From assembly GCA_945938205.1 (NCBI GenBank), contig CAMEUL010000001.1, forward strand, positions 1 through 33,820: 33,820 bases of DNA. Reading direction: 5' to 3'. This stretch comes from an uncultured Traorella sp. GTDB lineage: Bacteria; Bacillota_I; Bacilli_A; Erysipelotrichales; Erysipelotrichaceae. Under the pieces are notes generated by a model. That model was not told the origin of the DNA and searched no databases. It saw nothing but the letters and a program-made list of their open reading frames with translations. This document shows, piece by piece, positions 10,576 through 18,835 of this stretch (the stretch's first letter is position 1; each line of letters opens with the position of its first letter). The position numbers and the translations under genes were made by a program.

Positions 10576-12153
10576 ATGAAAAAGAAATACAAAATTGATA
10601 TTGAAAAATCATTTAAGGTCCATACCGTCTTGCTAATCGCTATGGGTGTTTTGATCAATGTACTGCTCCCTCGAGCCGTTATTGCTTTGAATCTGCCACT
10701 TTACTTGGATAATATCGGCAGTGTCATTGCAGCTGCTTTAGGTGGTCCTATTCCCGGAATGGTAACTGCTTTTACCTCAAATTATTTAGGATATTTTGGA
10801 GAACCATCTGCTATCATGTTTGGTGTGCTCACGGTTACGATGGCATATTTGGCTTCTCTATTATCACAACATGGATTGTTGAGACAGAAAAAAGGATATT
10901 TCCTTTTATGGTCCATGATGGTTCTGATTGGTGGTGCAGTGGGATCTATTATGGGATGGTATTTGTATGGAGAAACGGTAGGAGGAACCATAGCTGCTCC
11001 TTATGTGTTTTATCTTGTTGATTTAGGCGTCGATGGTTTTTGCGCTCAGTTTTTAGGGGATGTCTTCTTAGATGTGATCGATAAGGGAATTACTGTTTTG
11101 CTTGTTGCTTTATTTTTGCACTATTTTCCGAAAAGACTGCGCGAAGTCTTTCCACTTAGTTATGTCTATGGATGTTCAGAAGAGGATTTGGAAAAAGAAT
11201 ATCAAAAAAGAAAAACACCTTATACCGGTATTTCTGTTTTCAACAAGGTCATGATTATTGTTTCAATTGCTTTAGTAATTTTGGCGGTAGTCGTTACCTG
11301 CTACAGTGCCGGTACATATTTGACATATCAATTCAGTGTAAATCATGACACATATGCTCTTTTTGGATATATTGTTCAATTGATAGGACTGGAATTTGTC
11401 ATTATTATCTTTACGGTAATTATTTCCAGTTGGATGACCTATGAAACTCTGACAAAACCTTTGAATGCAATTGTAAGTCATTCTGAACAGTTCAGTCATT
11501 CAGAACAGGAAAAATGGCTCAATACAGAGCAATGGAAAAACCGTTATGTTGTGAAAACAAAGGATGAGATCCAGGTTCTGTATGATACGATCTGTGCTTC
11601 TGAAGAAATGATATCGCAAAAGGTGATCCGTATTCGAGAAAATGAAAGTAAACTGAAAAAACTCTCTGAAATAGATCTCATGACCAATGTGAAAAACAGA
11701 GGCAGTGGAGAAAAAGAGATTATTCATCTTCTGAAAGAAGGCAAAACAGGATTATTTTGTCTTTTAGACTGTGATAAATTCAAGAAAATTAATGATACCT
11801 ATGGACATATTGTTGGGGATAAAGTTTTGATCGAAATCGCCGAAAAACTAAAAAAGGTATGTCATCCACAAGATATCTTGCTGCGTTTAGGCGGAGATGA
11901 ATTCGCAATTTATAAATGTGATATTCATGATGAAAATAAAGCTATGGAGTTCTTTCATTTATTATTTGATTATATTCAGGATATTTCTGTTGAGGAGATG
12001 GCGGATGAAAAAGTATCCATCAGCTTAGGAGCTTCATTTTATACAGGAGATATCAATATTACTTTTGATGATTTGTATCGTCAGGCTGATTTCGCATTGT
12101 ATGAAAGTAAAAAAACAACAGGTTCTGCCGCAAATATTTATCACAAGAATTAA
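10576..12153 (+). CDS. Membrane diguanylate cyclase with N-terminal ECF S-component-like domain
   Basis: LPLYLDNIGS..AALGGPIPG TM domain; HAMP-like linker (KPLNAI...DEIQVLY); DLMT..NR, DCDKFKKINDTYGH..GD, RLGGDEF; I-site is HxxD rather than RxxD. Confidence 0.88.
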   Translation: MKKKYKIDIEKSFKVHTVLLIAMGVLINVLLPRAVIALNLPLYLDNIGSVIAAALGGPIPGMVTAFTSNYLGYFGEPSAIMFGVLTVTMAYLASLLSQHGLLRQKKGYFLLWSMMVLIGGAVGSIMGWYLYGETVGGTIAAPYVFYLVDLGVDGFCAQFLGDVFLDVIDKGITVLLVALFLHYFPKRLREVFPLSYVYGCSEEDLEKEYQKRKTPYTGISVFNKVMIIVSIALVILAVVVTCYSAGTYLTYQFSVNHDTYALFGYIVQLIGLEFVIIIFTVIISSWMTYETLTKPLNAIVSHSEQFSHSEQEKWLNTEQWKNRYVVKTKDEIQVLYDTICASEEMISQKVIRIRENESKLKKLSEIDLMTNVKNRGSGEKEIIHLLKEGKTGLFCLLDCDKFKKINDTYGHIVGDKVLIEIAEKLKKVCHPQDILLRLGGDEFAIYKCDIHDENKAMEFFHLLFDYIQDISVEEMADEKVSISLGASFYTGDINITFDDLYRQADFALYESKKTTGSAANIYHKN

Positions 12154-12157
12154 CCTT

Positions 12158-12191
12158 TAAAGTCTCTGATGCATATTGAAAGAGACTTTTT
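12158..12191 (+). terminator. Terminator after GGDEF gene
   Basis: AAAGTCTCT...AGAGACTTT plus T-run. Confidence 0.65.
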
Positions 12192-12257
12192 AGTTCTTTA
12201 TGAAAGGCATGTTATTTTTTTGCGGAATGTAGTAAAATTAAAAAAACGGAGACTCAT

Positions 12258-13157
12258 ATGAATTTTGAAAAAGCGAAACAGTTTATTTATAGAAATGCCA
12301 GACCGCTTGATTTGGTAAGATGGCAATATCTGTTTGAAAACGGGAGCAAAGAAGATGTGCTGAAAATATTGGCTTCTTATCAGAATGAAGATGGAGGTTT
12401 TGGTCATGGTCTTGAATCAGACAGTTGGAATCCTAATTCTACTCCTGTACAGACATGGGCAGCGACTGAAATCATCAGAGAAATTGATTTAAACGATTCA
12501 GATCATCCGATCATTCAGAAAATCCTGAAATATCTCTCATCAAAAGATGCTTTCAATGGTCATATATGGCTGAATACTGTTTCATCAAATAATCTTTATC
12601 CGCATGCACCTTGGTGGCACGATACCGCAACACCAAAGATCACCTATAATCCAACAGCTTCACTCATTGGCTTTATCATTCATTATGCTGATAAAGAAAG
12701 TGAACTATATGCCAGAGCGATATCTCTGGCAAAAGAAGCTTATGCTTATTTCAAAATGAATTTTCCACTTGATTCCATGCATACTGTTGCTTGTTTTGTG
12801 GAGTTGTATGAGGATCTCAAAGAAAGTGATATTTCAATCATCCATCTGGATGAATATGAAGAGTTGCTTCAACGACAAATCAAATATCTTCTGACATCCG
12901 ATCCCGAACTCTGGGCGAGAGAATATGTATGCAAACCCTCTTTGTTTATTCATTCAAAGAACAGTACTTTCTATTCAAAAAATCAAGAGGTCTGTACATT
13001 AGAATGTGCCTTCATCGACAAAACACAACAAGAAGATGGCAAATGGGAGATAACTTGGAAATGGAATGAATATCCAGAACAATGGAACATTACTAAAAAC
13101 TGGTGGAAAGCTGATCAGATTATTAAAAATATAAAATTCTATCAAACGATGAATTAA
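12258..13157 (+). CDS. Conserved hypothetical protein with prenyltransferase/squalene-cyclase-like QW-type repeats
   Basis: NARPLD, YQNEDGGFGHGLE, HAPWW, QQEDGKW; no function assignable. Confidence 0.6.
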   Translation: MNFEKAKQFIYRNARPLDLVRWQYLFENGSKEDVLKILASYQNEDGGFGHGLESDSWNPNSTPVQTWAATEIIREIDLNDSDHPIIQKILKYLSSKDAFNGHIWLNTVSSNNLYPHAPWWHDTATPKITYNPTASLIGFIIHYADKESELYARAISLAKEAYAYFKMNFPLDSMHTVACFVELYEDLKESDISIIHLDEYEELLQRQIKYLLTSDPELWAREYVCKPSLFIHSKNSTFYSKNQEVCTLECAFIDKTQQEDGKWEITWKWNEYPEQWNITKNWWKADQIIKNIKFYQTMN

Positions 13158-13176
13158 TAATATTGTAAGGAGTAGA

Positions 13177-14979
13177 ATGATGAAGCATTTGCATAAAATA
13201 ACAGGGATACTTTTAATCATACTTGCAACTGTCGTACTGTGCCTGACTTGTATCAACAATCAGCAATCCATGATGGCGTTTCCTCTGAAAGTATCGTTTG
13301 TTGGTGACTATAAGATCGAGGATGGAGACTGGAATCCCATCACAAAAGATAAATTCATTGCTGCTAATCAGGGGAATGTTACCTTGAAAGGATTTTTTCA
13401 GCTGGAAGATCCGGATGGAAATGTTTTAGGTGAAGTTGAAGAAGGAATGATCGTAGATCTGTATTTTAATCATCTTGCAGGAGACGTATTTGTTGAGGGA
13501 GAAGGTTTTCGAGCATTTGATTCTGAAAACAAAATCTATGGAAAAAGCAGCTGTGGTGAACAGTGGATTGCTTATATGGTTCCGGCAGGTGAAGTGGAAA
13601 TAATTTTAAAGAATCCGCATTCTTTTGGAAATGAGAACGCAGTCAATGAATTTCTGGATTCTATGATGCTTTATTCTTCTGAATCAATTGACCAGGCTGT
13701 ACAACAAGGAAATACAGAAAGACTGATAGGTTTTGTGATCCTGATTACATCATTGGGTTTATTGGGAATTGCAATTTTCTCAACGCTGATCCAGGAAATA
13801 CAAAGTGATATGGTCTGGATGCTTGCTTTTTTGCTTTTCTTTGCTGGAGGTTATTTTATACTGAACTCAAAGAATATTTCATTGTGGAGTCCCTTAGTGA
13901 TTTTTAATACAACGGCTTTGCTTTTATGCATGATGCTGTATGTCATTATACTGATGATACTGATGACAAAATCATTCACTTCATATCTTCAAAAAATAGG
14001 AAAGGCTGTTCCTGTTATAATGGGAACCGTTACAGGAGCGCTTCTTTTGTCATCATTATTGAAAGATGTTTATTTGCATGATTTGTTACCTTATTGGACT
14101 TTGGCCTTGGGAATCAGTGATATTTTGATGCTGGGATGCTGTCTGATGAGCCTGAAAGAAACAAAAGGAAAGCATCGGATATTGCTGCTATTCTATATTT
14201 TGTTATTACTTGCTTTTCATATGGATATTCTTGGAACGATATGGGGAAAATGGCAAGGAGGATTTCTTTCAAAAATTCTGTTTTTCTGTTTGTTTGTGAT
14301 TGCTCTTGTCATTGCTTTGAAAGTGATTCCTTCCAATATCAAAAGCAGTATTCATGAAAAGGAACTTGAAGTGGAGCTCCAACAGAGCAGAATATCCATT
14401 ATGCTGAGTCAGATCCAGCCGCATTTCCTGTACAATTCAATCAGTGCTATTCGTGAATTATGCCGTCAGGATCCAAAACGCGCTTTTGATGCTTTAGGTG
14501 TTTTTTCAACTTATCTGAGATCCAATCTGGATTCTTTAGGATCTGAAAAACTGATTCCTTTTTCGAAAGAACTGGCGCATATTCAGGCATATCTAAAGCT
14601 TGAACAACTGCGATTTGGTGATGAACTGAAGGTCGTCTATGATATACAAAAGAAAGATTTTTGCTTACCATCCTTATGTGTGCAGCCTTTAGTTGAAAAT
14701 GCAGTCAAACATGGTTTATGCAAAAAAGAGGGAAAAGGAACGCTGACTTTAAAAACAAGAGAGATAGGCGATAAGATCCTGATTGAAATTCAGGATGATG
14801 GCATTGGTTTTGATGTAGAAAAAATGCATTCAGCCAAAGATAAGAATAAACATTATGGTATTGAAAATGTCAGCATGCGTCTGAAACAAAAAATGAATGC
14901 GGAAATGACCATTGATAGTGAACTTCAGAAAGGAACGACTGTCAGAATACTGATTGATATGCAGAAGGAGGCGTTATGA
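13177..14979 (+). CDS. LytS/YehU-type (His_kinase) membrane sensor kinase 1
   Basis: N-terminal TM + extracellular domain + multi-TM region; SQIQPHFLYN, EQLRF, QPLVENAVKHG, DDGIGF, GTTV. Confidence 0.92.
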   Translation: MMKHLHKITGILLIILATVVLCLTCINNQQSMMAFPLKVSFVGDYKIEDGDWNPITKDKFIAANQGNVTLKGFFQLEDPDGNVLGEVEEGMIVDLYFNHLAGDVFVEGEGFRAFDSENKIYGKSSCGEQWIAYMVPAGEVEIILKNPHSFGNENAVNEFLDSMMLYSSESIDQAVQQGNTERLIGFVILITSLGLLGIAIFSTLIQEIQSDMVWMLAFLLFFAGGYFILNSKNISLWSPLVIFNTTALLLCMMLYVIILMILMTKSFTSYLQKIGKAVPVIMGTVTGALLLSSLLKDVYLHDLLPYWTLALGISDILMLGCCLMSLKETKGKHRILLLFYILLLLAFHMDILGTIWGKWQGGFLSKILFFCLFVIALVIALKVIPSNIKSSIHEKELEVELQQSRISIMLSQIQPHFLYNSISAIRELCRQDPKRAFDALGVFSTYLRSNLDSLGSEKLIPFSKELAHIQAYLKLEQLRFGDELKVVYDIQKKDFCLPSLCVQPLVENAVKHGLCKKEGKGTLTLKTREIGDKILIEIQDDGIGFDVEKMHSAKDKNKHYGIENVSMRLKQKMNAEMTIDSELQKGTTVRILIDMQKEAL

Positions 14980-15812
14980 TGAATATCCTTGTTGTAGATG
15001 ATGAACGTCTTGCATTGGATGGCTTGATCAATGAACTTGAAAAAGTATTTCCCAATGCGAAGATCCATGGCGAAAGAATGGCATTTTTAGTGATGCCATG
15101 GGTAGAGAATCTGAAAGAACAGGAAGAAACGCTTTCCTATGCTTTTTTGGATATTGAAATGGGGTCAATTAGCGGATTAGAACTGGCGCGGCAACTAAAA
15201 GATATTTATCCTCATGTGAAACTGATCTTTTGTACAGCTTACAGTGAATATGCCATTAATGCTTATGGTTTGTGTGCTAAGGGATATTTGTTGAAACCGA
15301 TACAAGCCAAAGATATCGAACATGTATTAGATGAAATGGTAATGGATTGGCGTGAAGAAATCAATTCAAGGGATCGTGACATCCGTGTACAAACATTTGG
15401 ACATTTTGAAGTATTTGTAGATGGAAATCCCCTTGTATTTGAAAGATCGAAAGCAAAAGAACTGTTAGCTTATCTGGTCGATCGTCATGGTTCGTCTGTC
15501 ACAACAGAACAGATTGCCATGATATTATGGGAAGATGCTGTTTATGACAGAAAGCTCAAGAATATGACAACTACCATTATTGCCTCTTTACGCAATACTC
15601 TTAATGCGGCAGGAATTGGAGATATCATCATAAAATCATGGAATCATTTATCTTTAGACGTTTCTAAAATTAAATGTGATGCTTATGATTATGAAAAATG
15701 GGATGTGATTGCAGTAAATTCTTATCATGGAGAATATATGGTGAATTACTCTTGGGCAGAATTCACCAATGGAAAATATGCCACCATGGAAGAAAAAACC
15801 AATAAAGAATAG
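14976..15812 (+). CDS. Response regulator 1 (REC + winged-helix, SARP-like output)
   Basis: VVDDE, FLDIEM, CTAYSEY, YLLKP; output VQTFGHFEV..KAKELLAYL..ILWE..CDAY..YHGEYM..YSWA; overlaps kinase stop. Confidence 0.88.
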   Translation: MMNILVVDDERLALDGLINELEKVFPNAKIHGERMAFLVMPWVENLKEQEETLSYAFLDIEMGSISGLELARQLKDIYPHVKLIFCTAYSEYAINAYGLCAKGYLLKPIQAKDIEHVLDEMVMDWREEINSRDRDIRVQTFGHFEVFVDGNPLVFERSKAKELLAYLVDRHGSSVTTEQIAMILWEDAVYDRKLKNMTTTIIASLRNTLNAAGIGDIIIKSWNHLSLDVSKIKCDAYDYEKWDVIAVNSYHGEYMVNYSWAEFTNGKYATMEEKTNKE

Positions 15813-15838
15813 CTTGATCGAAAGATCAAGTTTTTTTA
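15811..15838 (+). terminator. Terminator after response regulator 1
   Basis: AGCTTGATC-GAAA-GATCAAGTT plus T-run. Confidence 0.85.
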
Positions 15839-15856
15839 TTCACATGTATATTATTA

Positions 15857-15892
15857 TTGTTGTCCTTTTGTTGTCCTTTGTTTTGTATAATA
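15857..15892 (+). promoter_or_regulatory. Tandem-repeat promoter, type A (upstream of alarmone synthetase operon)
   Basis: Perfect 11-mer tandem TTGTTGTCCTT x2 (15857-15878), TATAAT at 15886-15891; 15861-15892 matches 28039-28070 at 31/32 nt. Confidence 0.8.
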
Positions 15893-15918
15893 CTTACATT
15901 TAAAGAGGGAGCTTGGAT

Positions 15919-16998
15919 ATGAACATTAAAGATAGAATGATTATAGAAGAATACAGAAAACAGAAAGCTGATTTTGAGAGATTGGGAGATGTAGTACATC
16001 AGATCATGAAGGACATGCTGAAGGATGCTCATATCATGGTCAATGCAGTCCAGCATCGTGTCAAAGAAGAAAAGAGTCTTCAGGGAAAACTCTATCGAAA
16101 ACCAGATGAACTACAGAAGTTTTCAGATCTTACAGATATTCTCGGTACCCGAATTATTTGTTACTTTGCAGATGATGTGGATCGAATTGGGAAACTGATT
16201 GAAAATACCTTTGAGATTGACTGGGAAAACAGTACCGATAAAAGAGCTCTTTTAAAAGCGGATGCTTTTGGGTATCTATCGCTTCATTATATTTGCTTGC
16301 TGCCAGCCAATGCAGGATATCCTGAAGAACTTTTAGGAAAAAAGTTTGAAGTGCAAATTCGTACCATTCTCCAACATGCATGGTCAGATGTGAATCACGA
16401 TTTGGGGTATAAAAGTGAATTTGGAGTACCAAGAGAAATTGTGCGTGAATTTGCTCGCTTGGCAGGATTAATGGAAATCGCCGATGAAGAATTCATGCAT
16501 GTTCGTGATCATGTGAAAGAATATACGCAGGATACCAGAAAGAAAATCATTGAAGATGAAGCAGAGGATGTTTTGATCAATCTCGTTTCTTTAAGTGAAT
16601 ATATGCTGCATAACAAAAAAATGAGAGCCTTTCTTCAGAAACTGGCAGACATTGAAAACTCTGAGATTACTGAAATAGATCCGGAAAACTATATCAATCA
16701 GTTGAAATGGCTGAAAGTAGAAACGATTGGGGATCTTCACAGAATGCAGGAAAGAAATGAAAAACTGGCTTTTGAGTTAGCCAAGAAAACACTGGAAGGA
16801 TCTGAATTGGATATTCTTTCTTCCAATGTGGCACTGCGTTTCTTATGTCGTGCAGAATTAATTCAAGGAAAATACAGTGAAAATGAAGTAACTGAATTCA
16901 TCATGCTGACAGTCAATATCAGAGAAAGAGCTGAACGTCAGGCCAAACGACTGATGAGAACAGCCGATGCTCTTATGAAGGATGAGAAGAATGGATGA
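15919..16998 (+). CDS. RelA/SpoT-domain alarmone synthetase (SAS-type, with C-terminal extension)
   Basis: HRVK..KSL..K, DILGTRII, FGYLSLHY, EVQIRTILQHAWSDVNHDLGYK; no HD, TGS or ACT domain recognised; RBS GAGGGAG favours ATG15919. Confidence 0.9.
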   Translation: MNIKDRMIIEEYRKQKADFERLGDVVHQIMKDMLKDAHIMVNAVQHRVKEEKSLQGKLYRKPDELQKFSDLTDILGTRIICYFADDVDRIGKLIENTFEIDWENSTDKRALLKADAFGYLSLHYICLLPANAGYPEELLGKKFEVQIRTILQHAWSDVNHDLGYKSEFGVPREIVREFARLAGLMEIADEEFMHVRDHVKEYTQDTRKKIIEDEAEDVLINLVSLSEYMLHNKKMRAFLQKLADIENSEITEIDPENYINQLKWLKVETIGDLHRMQERNEKLAFELAKKTLEGSELDILSSNVALRFLCRAELIQGKYSENEVTEFIMLTVNIRERAERQAKRLMRTADALMKDEKNG

Positions 16999-18835
16999 AT
17001 ATGAAAGAGCATTGAAATTTGCTACCAAGAAGCATGAAGGACAGTATCGAAAAGGTGGAGAACCCTATATTACTCATCCTATAGCCGTTTCCAATATCTT
17101 AAAAGAAAAAGGATATGGTATAGAGTATCAGATTACCGCACTCTTTCATGATTTGTTGGAAGATACCGATGCGACTAGAGAAGAAATTGAAACTCTTGGC
17201 GGTAAAGAAGTGTTGAAAGCAGTTGAACTGCTGACCAAGCATGAGGACTATCAGATGGAAGAATATGTTTCGAATATCCGTAAGAATCCGATTGCCTTTG
17301 CCGTAAAGGGAGCAGACCGTCTGCATAATCTTTTGAGTGCTGTGGACACAGATGAATCCTTCAAACGTCGTTATATTTTGGAAAGTATTGACTGGTATTT
17401 GGATTTTTCAGAAGAAATGCCCAAAGCTGTCAAAGCATTAGTGAAAACATTGGATCAGCCGATCCGCAAAATGTCATTGGAATATGATCCGGTTCATTCA
17501 GCAAAAGAACTCAAGGCCAATGCCTTTGTATTAAAAGGAGATATATGTTACTCAGTTTCACTTACTGAACTAGTTACGGTATCACAGGGATATGTGGTAT
17601 GTATTGAAGGAAAGTCACAGGGTGTGTATGAAATATTACCAGATGAATATTCAAAATTACCGCTCCATGATTATGGACATCGTTTGATTCTTCCAGGTAT
17701 GGTAGATCTTCATATCCATGCTCCTCAGTTTGCTTTTCGCGGATTGGGGATGGATGATGAATTGATGGTTTGGCTTCAGAAACAAACCTTTCCTGAGGAA
17801 TCAAAATATCAGGATCTTGAATATGCCAGAAAAGCTTATACTCAGTTTTGTGATGCAATGCATAAAAGTGCAACGACTCATGCATGTGTGTTTGGAACCA
17901 AGCATCGTGATGCGACCATTCTATTAATGGAACTTATGGAGAAAAGCGGACTTGTCAGCTATGTGGGAAAGGTCAATATGGATCGTGATGCACCGGAAGC
18001 ATTATGTGAGCCGAGTGCTGATTATTCTGCTTATGATACATTTGGTTGGATCAATCAGGTTCATGGAAGATTCCACCATACAAAACCAATCTTAACTCCA
18101 CGCTTTATTCCTTGTTGCACCAACGAACTATTGGAACAGTTAAGAGAAATACAGATTGCTTATGATCTTCCAATACAGTCTCATCTTTCTGAAAACATTG
18201 GTGAAGTAGAATGGGTCCATCAGATACGTCCGGATGTTGCTTTTTATGGGGATGCTTATCATGACTATGGATTGTTTGGAATTGAGCGAAGAAGTGGAAA
18301 GAAAGTTCCAACCATAATGGCTCATTGTGTATATTCAACCGAAGATGAAGTAGATCGTCTCTTAGAAAATGGTGTTTATGTGGCGCATTGTCCAACGTCG
18401 AATGTTAATTTGTCTTCAGGAATAGCACCTGTTCGAAAATATTTGAAAAAGGGTTTAAAAATTGGGTTAGGAAGTGATGTTGCTGGAGGACATACGGAAT
18501 CCATGTTTGAGGTCATGAAAGAAACGATCCAAGTTTCAAAACTTTACTGGCGATATGTTGATCAAAAGGATGCACCGATTACTTTTAAGGAAGCCTTTTA
18601 TCTGGCAACTAAAGGTGGCGGAAGTTTCTTTGGAAACGTAGGAAGTTTTGAAAAAGGATATGATTTCAGTGCCATCGTACTTGATGAAAGCACTCTTCCA
18701 CATCCTCAAGAACTATCACTGATTCATCGGCTTGAAAGGGCTGTTTATGGATCGTTGGATCAAAAAGGTCTTGTAGCCAAATATGTGGATGGCAGTAAAT
18801 TGTTTGATGAAAAGGAGGGATTGGATGAAAAGTAA
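16991..18835 (+). CDS. Fusion: Mesh1/SpoT-type HD alarmone hydrolase + guanine deaminase
   Basis: N-term HEGQYRKGGEPYITHP, ALFHDLLEDT, KGADRLHNL; C-term PGMVDLHIHAPQF, TPRF, QSHLSEN, MAHC, HCPTSN, GLGSDVAGG (GuaD motifs); single uninterrupted frame. Confidence 0.9.
   Translation: MDEYERALKFATKKHEGQYRKGGEPYITHPIAVSNILKEKGYGIEYQITALFHDLLEDTDATREEIETLGGKEVLKAVELLTKHEDYQMEEYVSNIRKNPIAFAVKGADRLHNLLSAVDTDESFKRRYILESIDWYLDFSEEMPKAVKALVKTLDQPIRKMSLEYDPVHSAKELKANAFVLKGDICYSVSLTELVTVSQGYVVCIEGKSQGVYEILPDEYSKLPLHDYGHRLILPGMVDLHIHAPQFAFRGLGMDDELMVWLQKQTFPEESKYQDLEYARKAYTQFCDAMHKSATTHACVFGTKHRDATILLMELMEKSGLVSYVGKVNMDRDAPEALCEPSADYSAYDTFGWINQVHGRFHHTKPILTPRFIPCCTNELLEQLREIQIAYDLPIQSHLSENIGEVEWVHQIRPDVAFYGDAYHDYGLFGIERRSGKKVPTIMAHCVYSTEDEVDRLLENGVYVAHCPTSNVNLSSGIAPVRKYLKKGLKIGLGSDVAGGHTESMFEVMKETIQVSKLYWRYVDQKDAPITFKEAFYLATKGGGSFFGNVGSFEKGYDFSAIVLDESTLPHPQELSLIHRLERAVYGSLDQKGLVAKYVDGSKLFDEKEGLDEK

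Noticed and set aside
15857-15878. Tandem repeat as CRISPR or VNTR
   Set aside because: Only two 11-bp units, no spacers, no cas genes; better explained as an operator.
15839-15918. Purine or ppGpp riboswitch ahead of the guanine-related operon
   Set aside because: Only ~27 nt between the -10 and the start codon; no room or aptamer consensus.
15826-16056. Minus-strand ORF ending QQKDNNNN as a possible antitoxin of the synthetase
   Set aside because: It is the reverse translation of the promoter repeat and synthetase start; no RBS.
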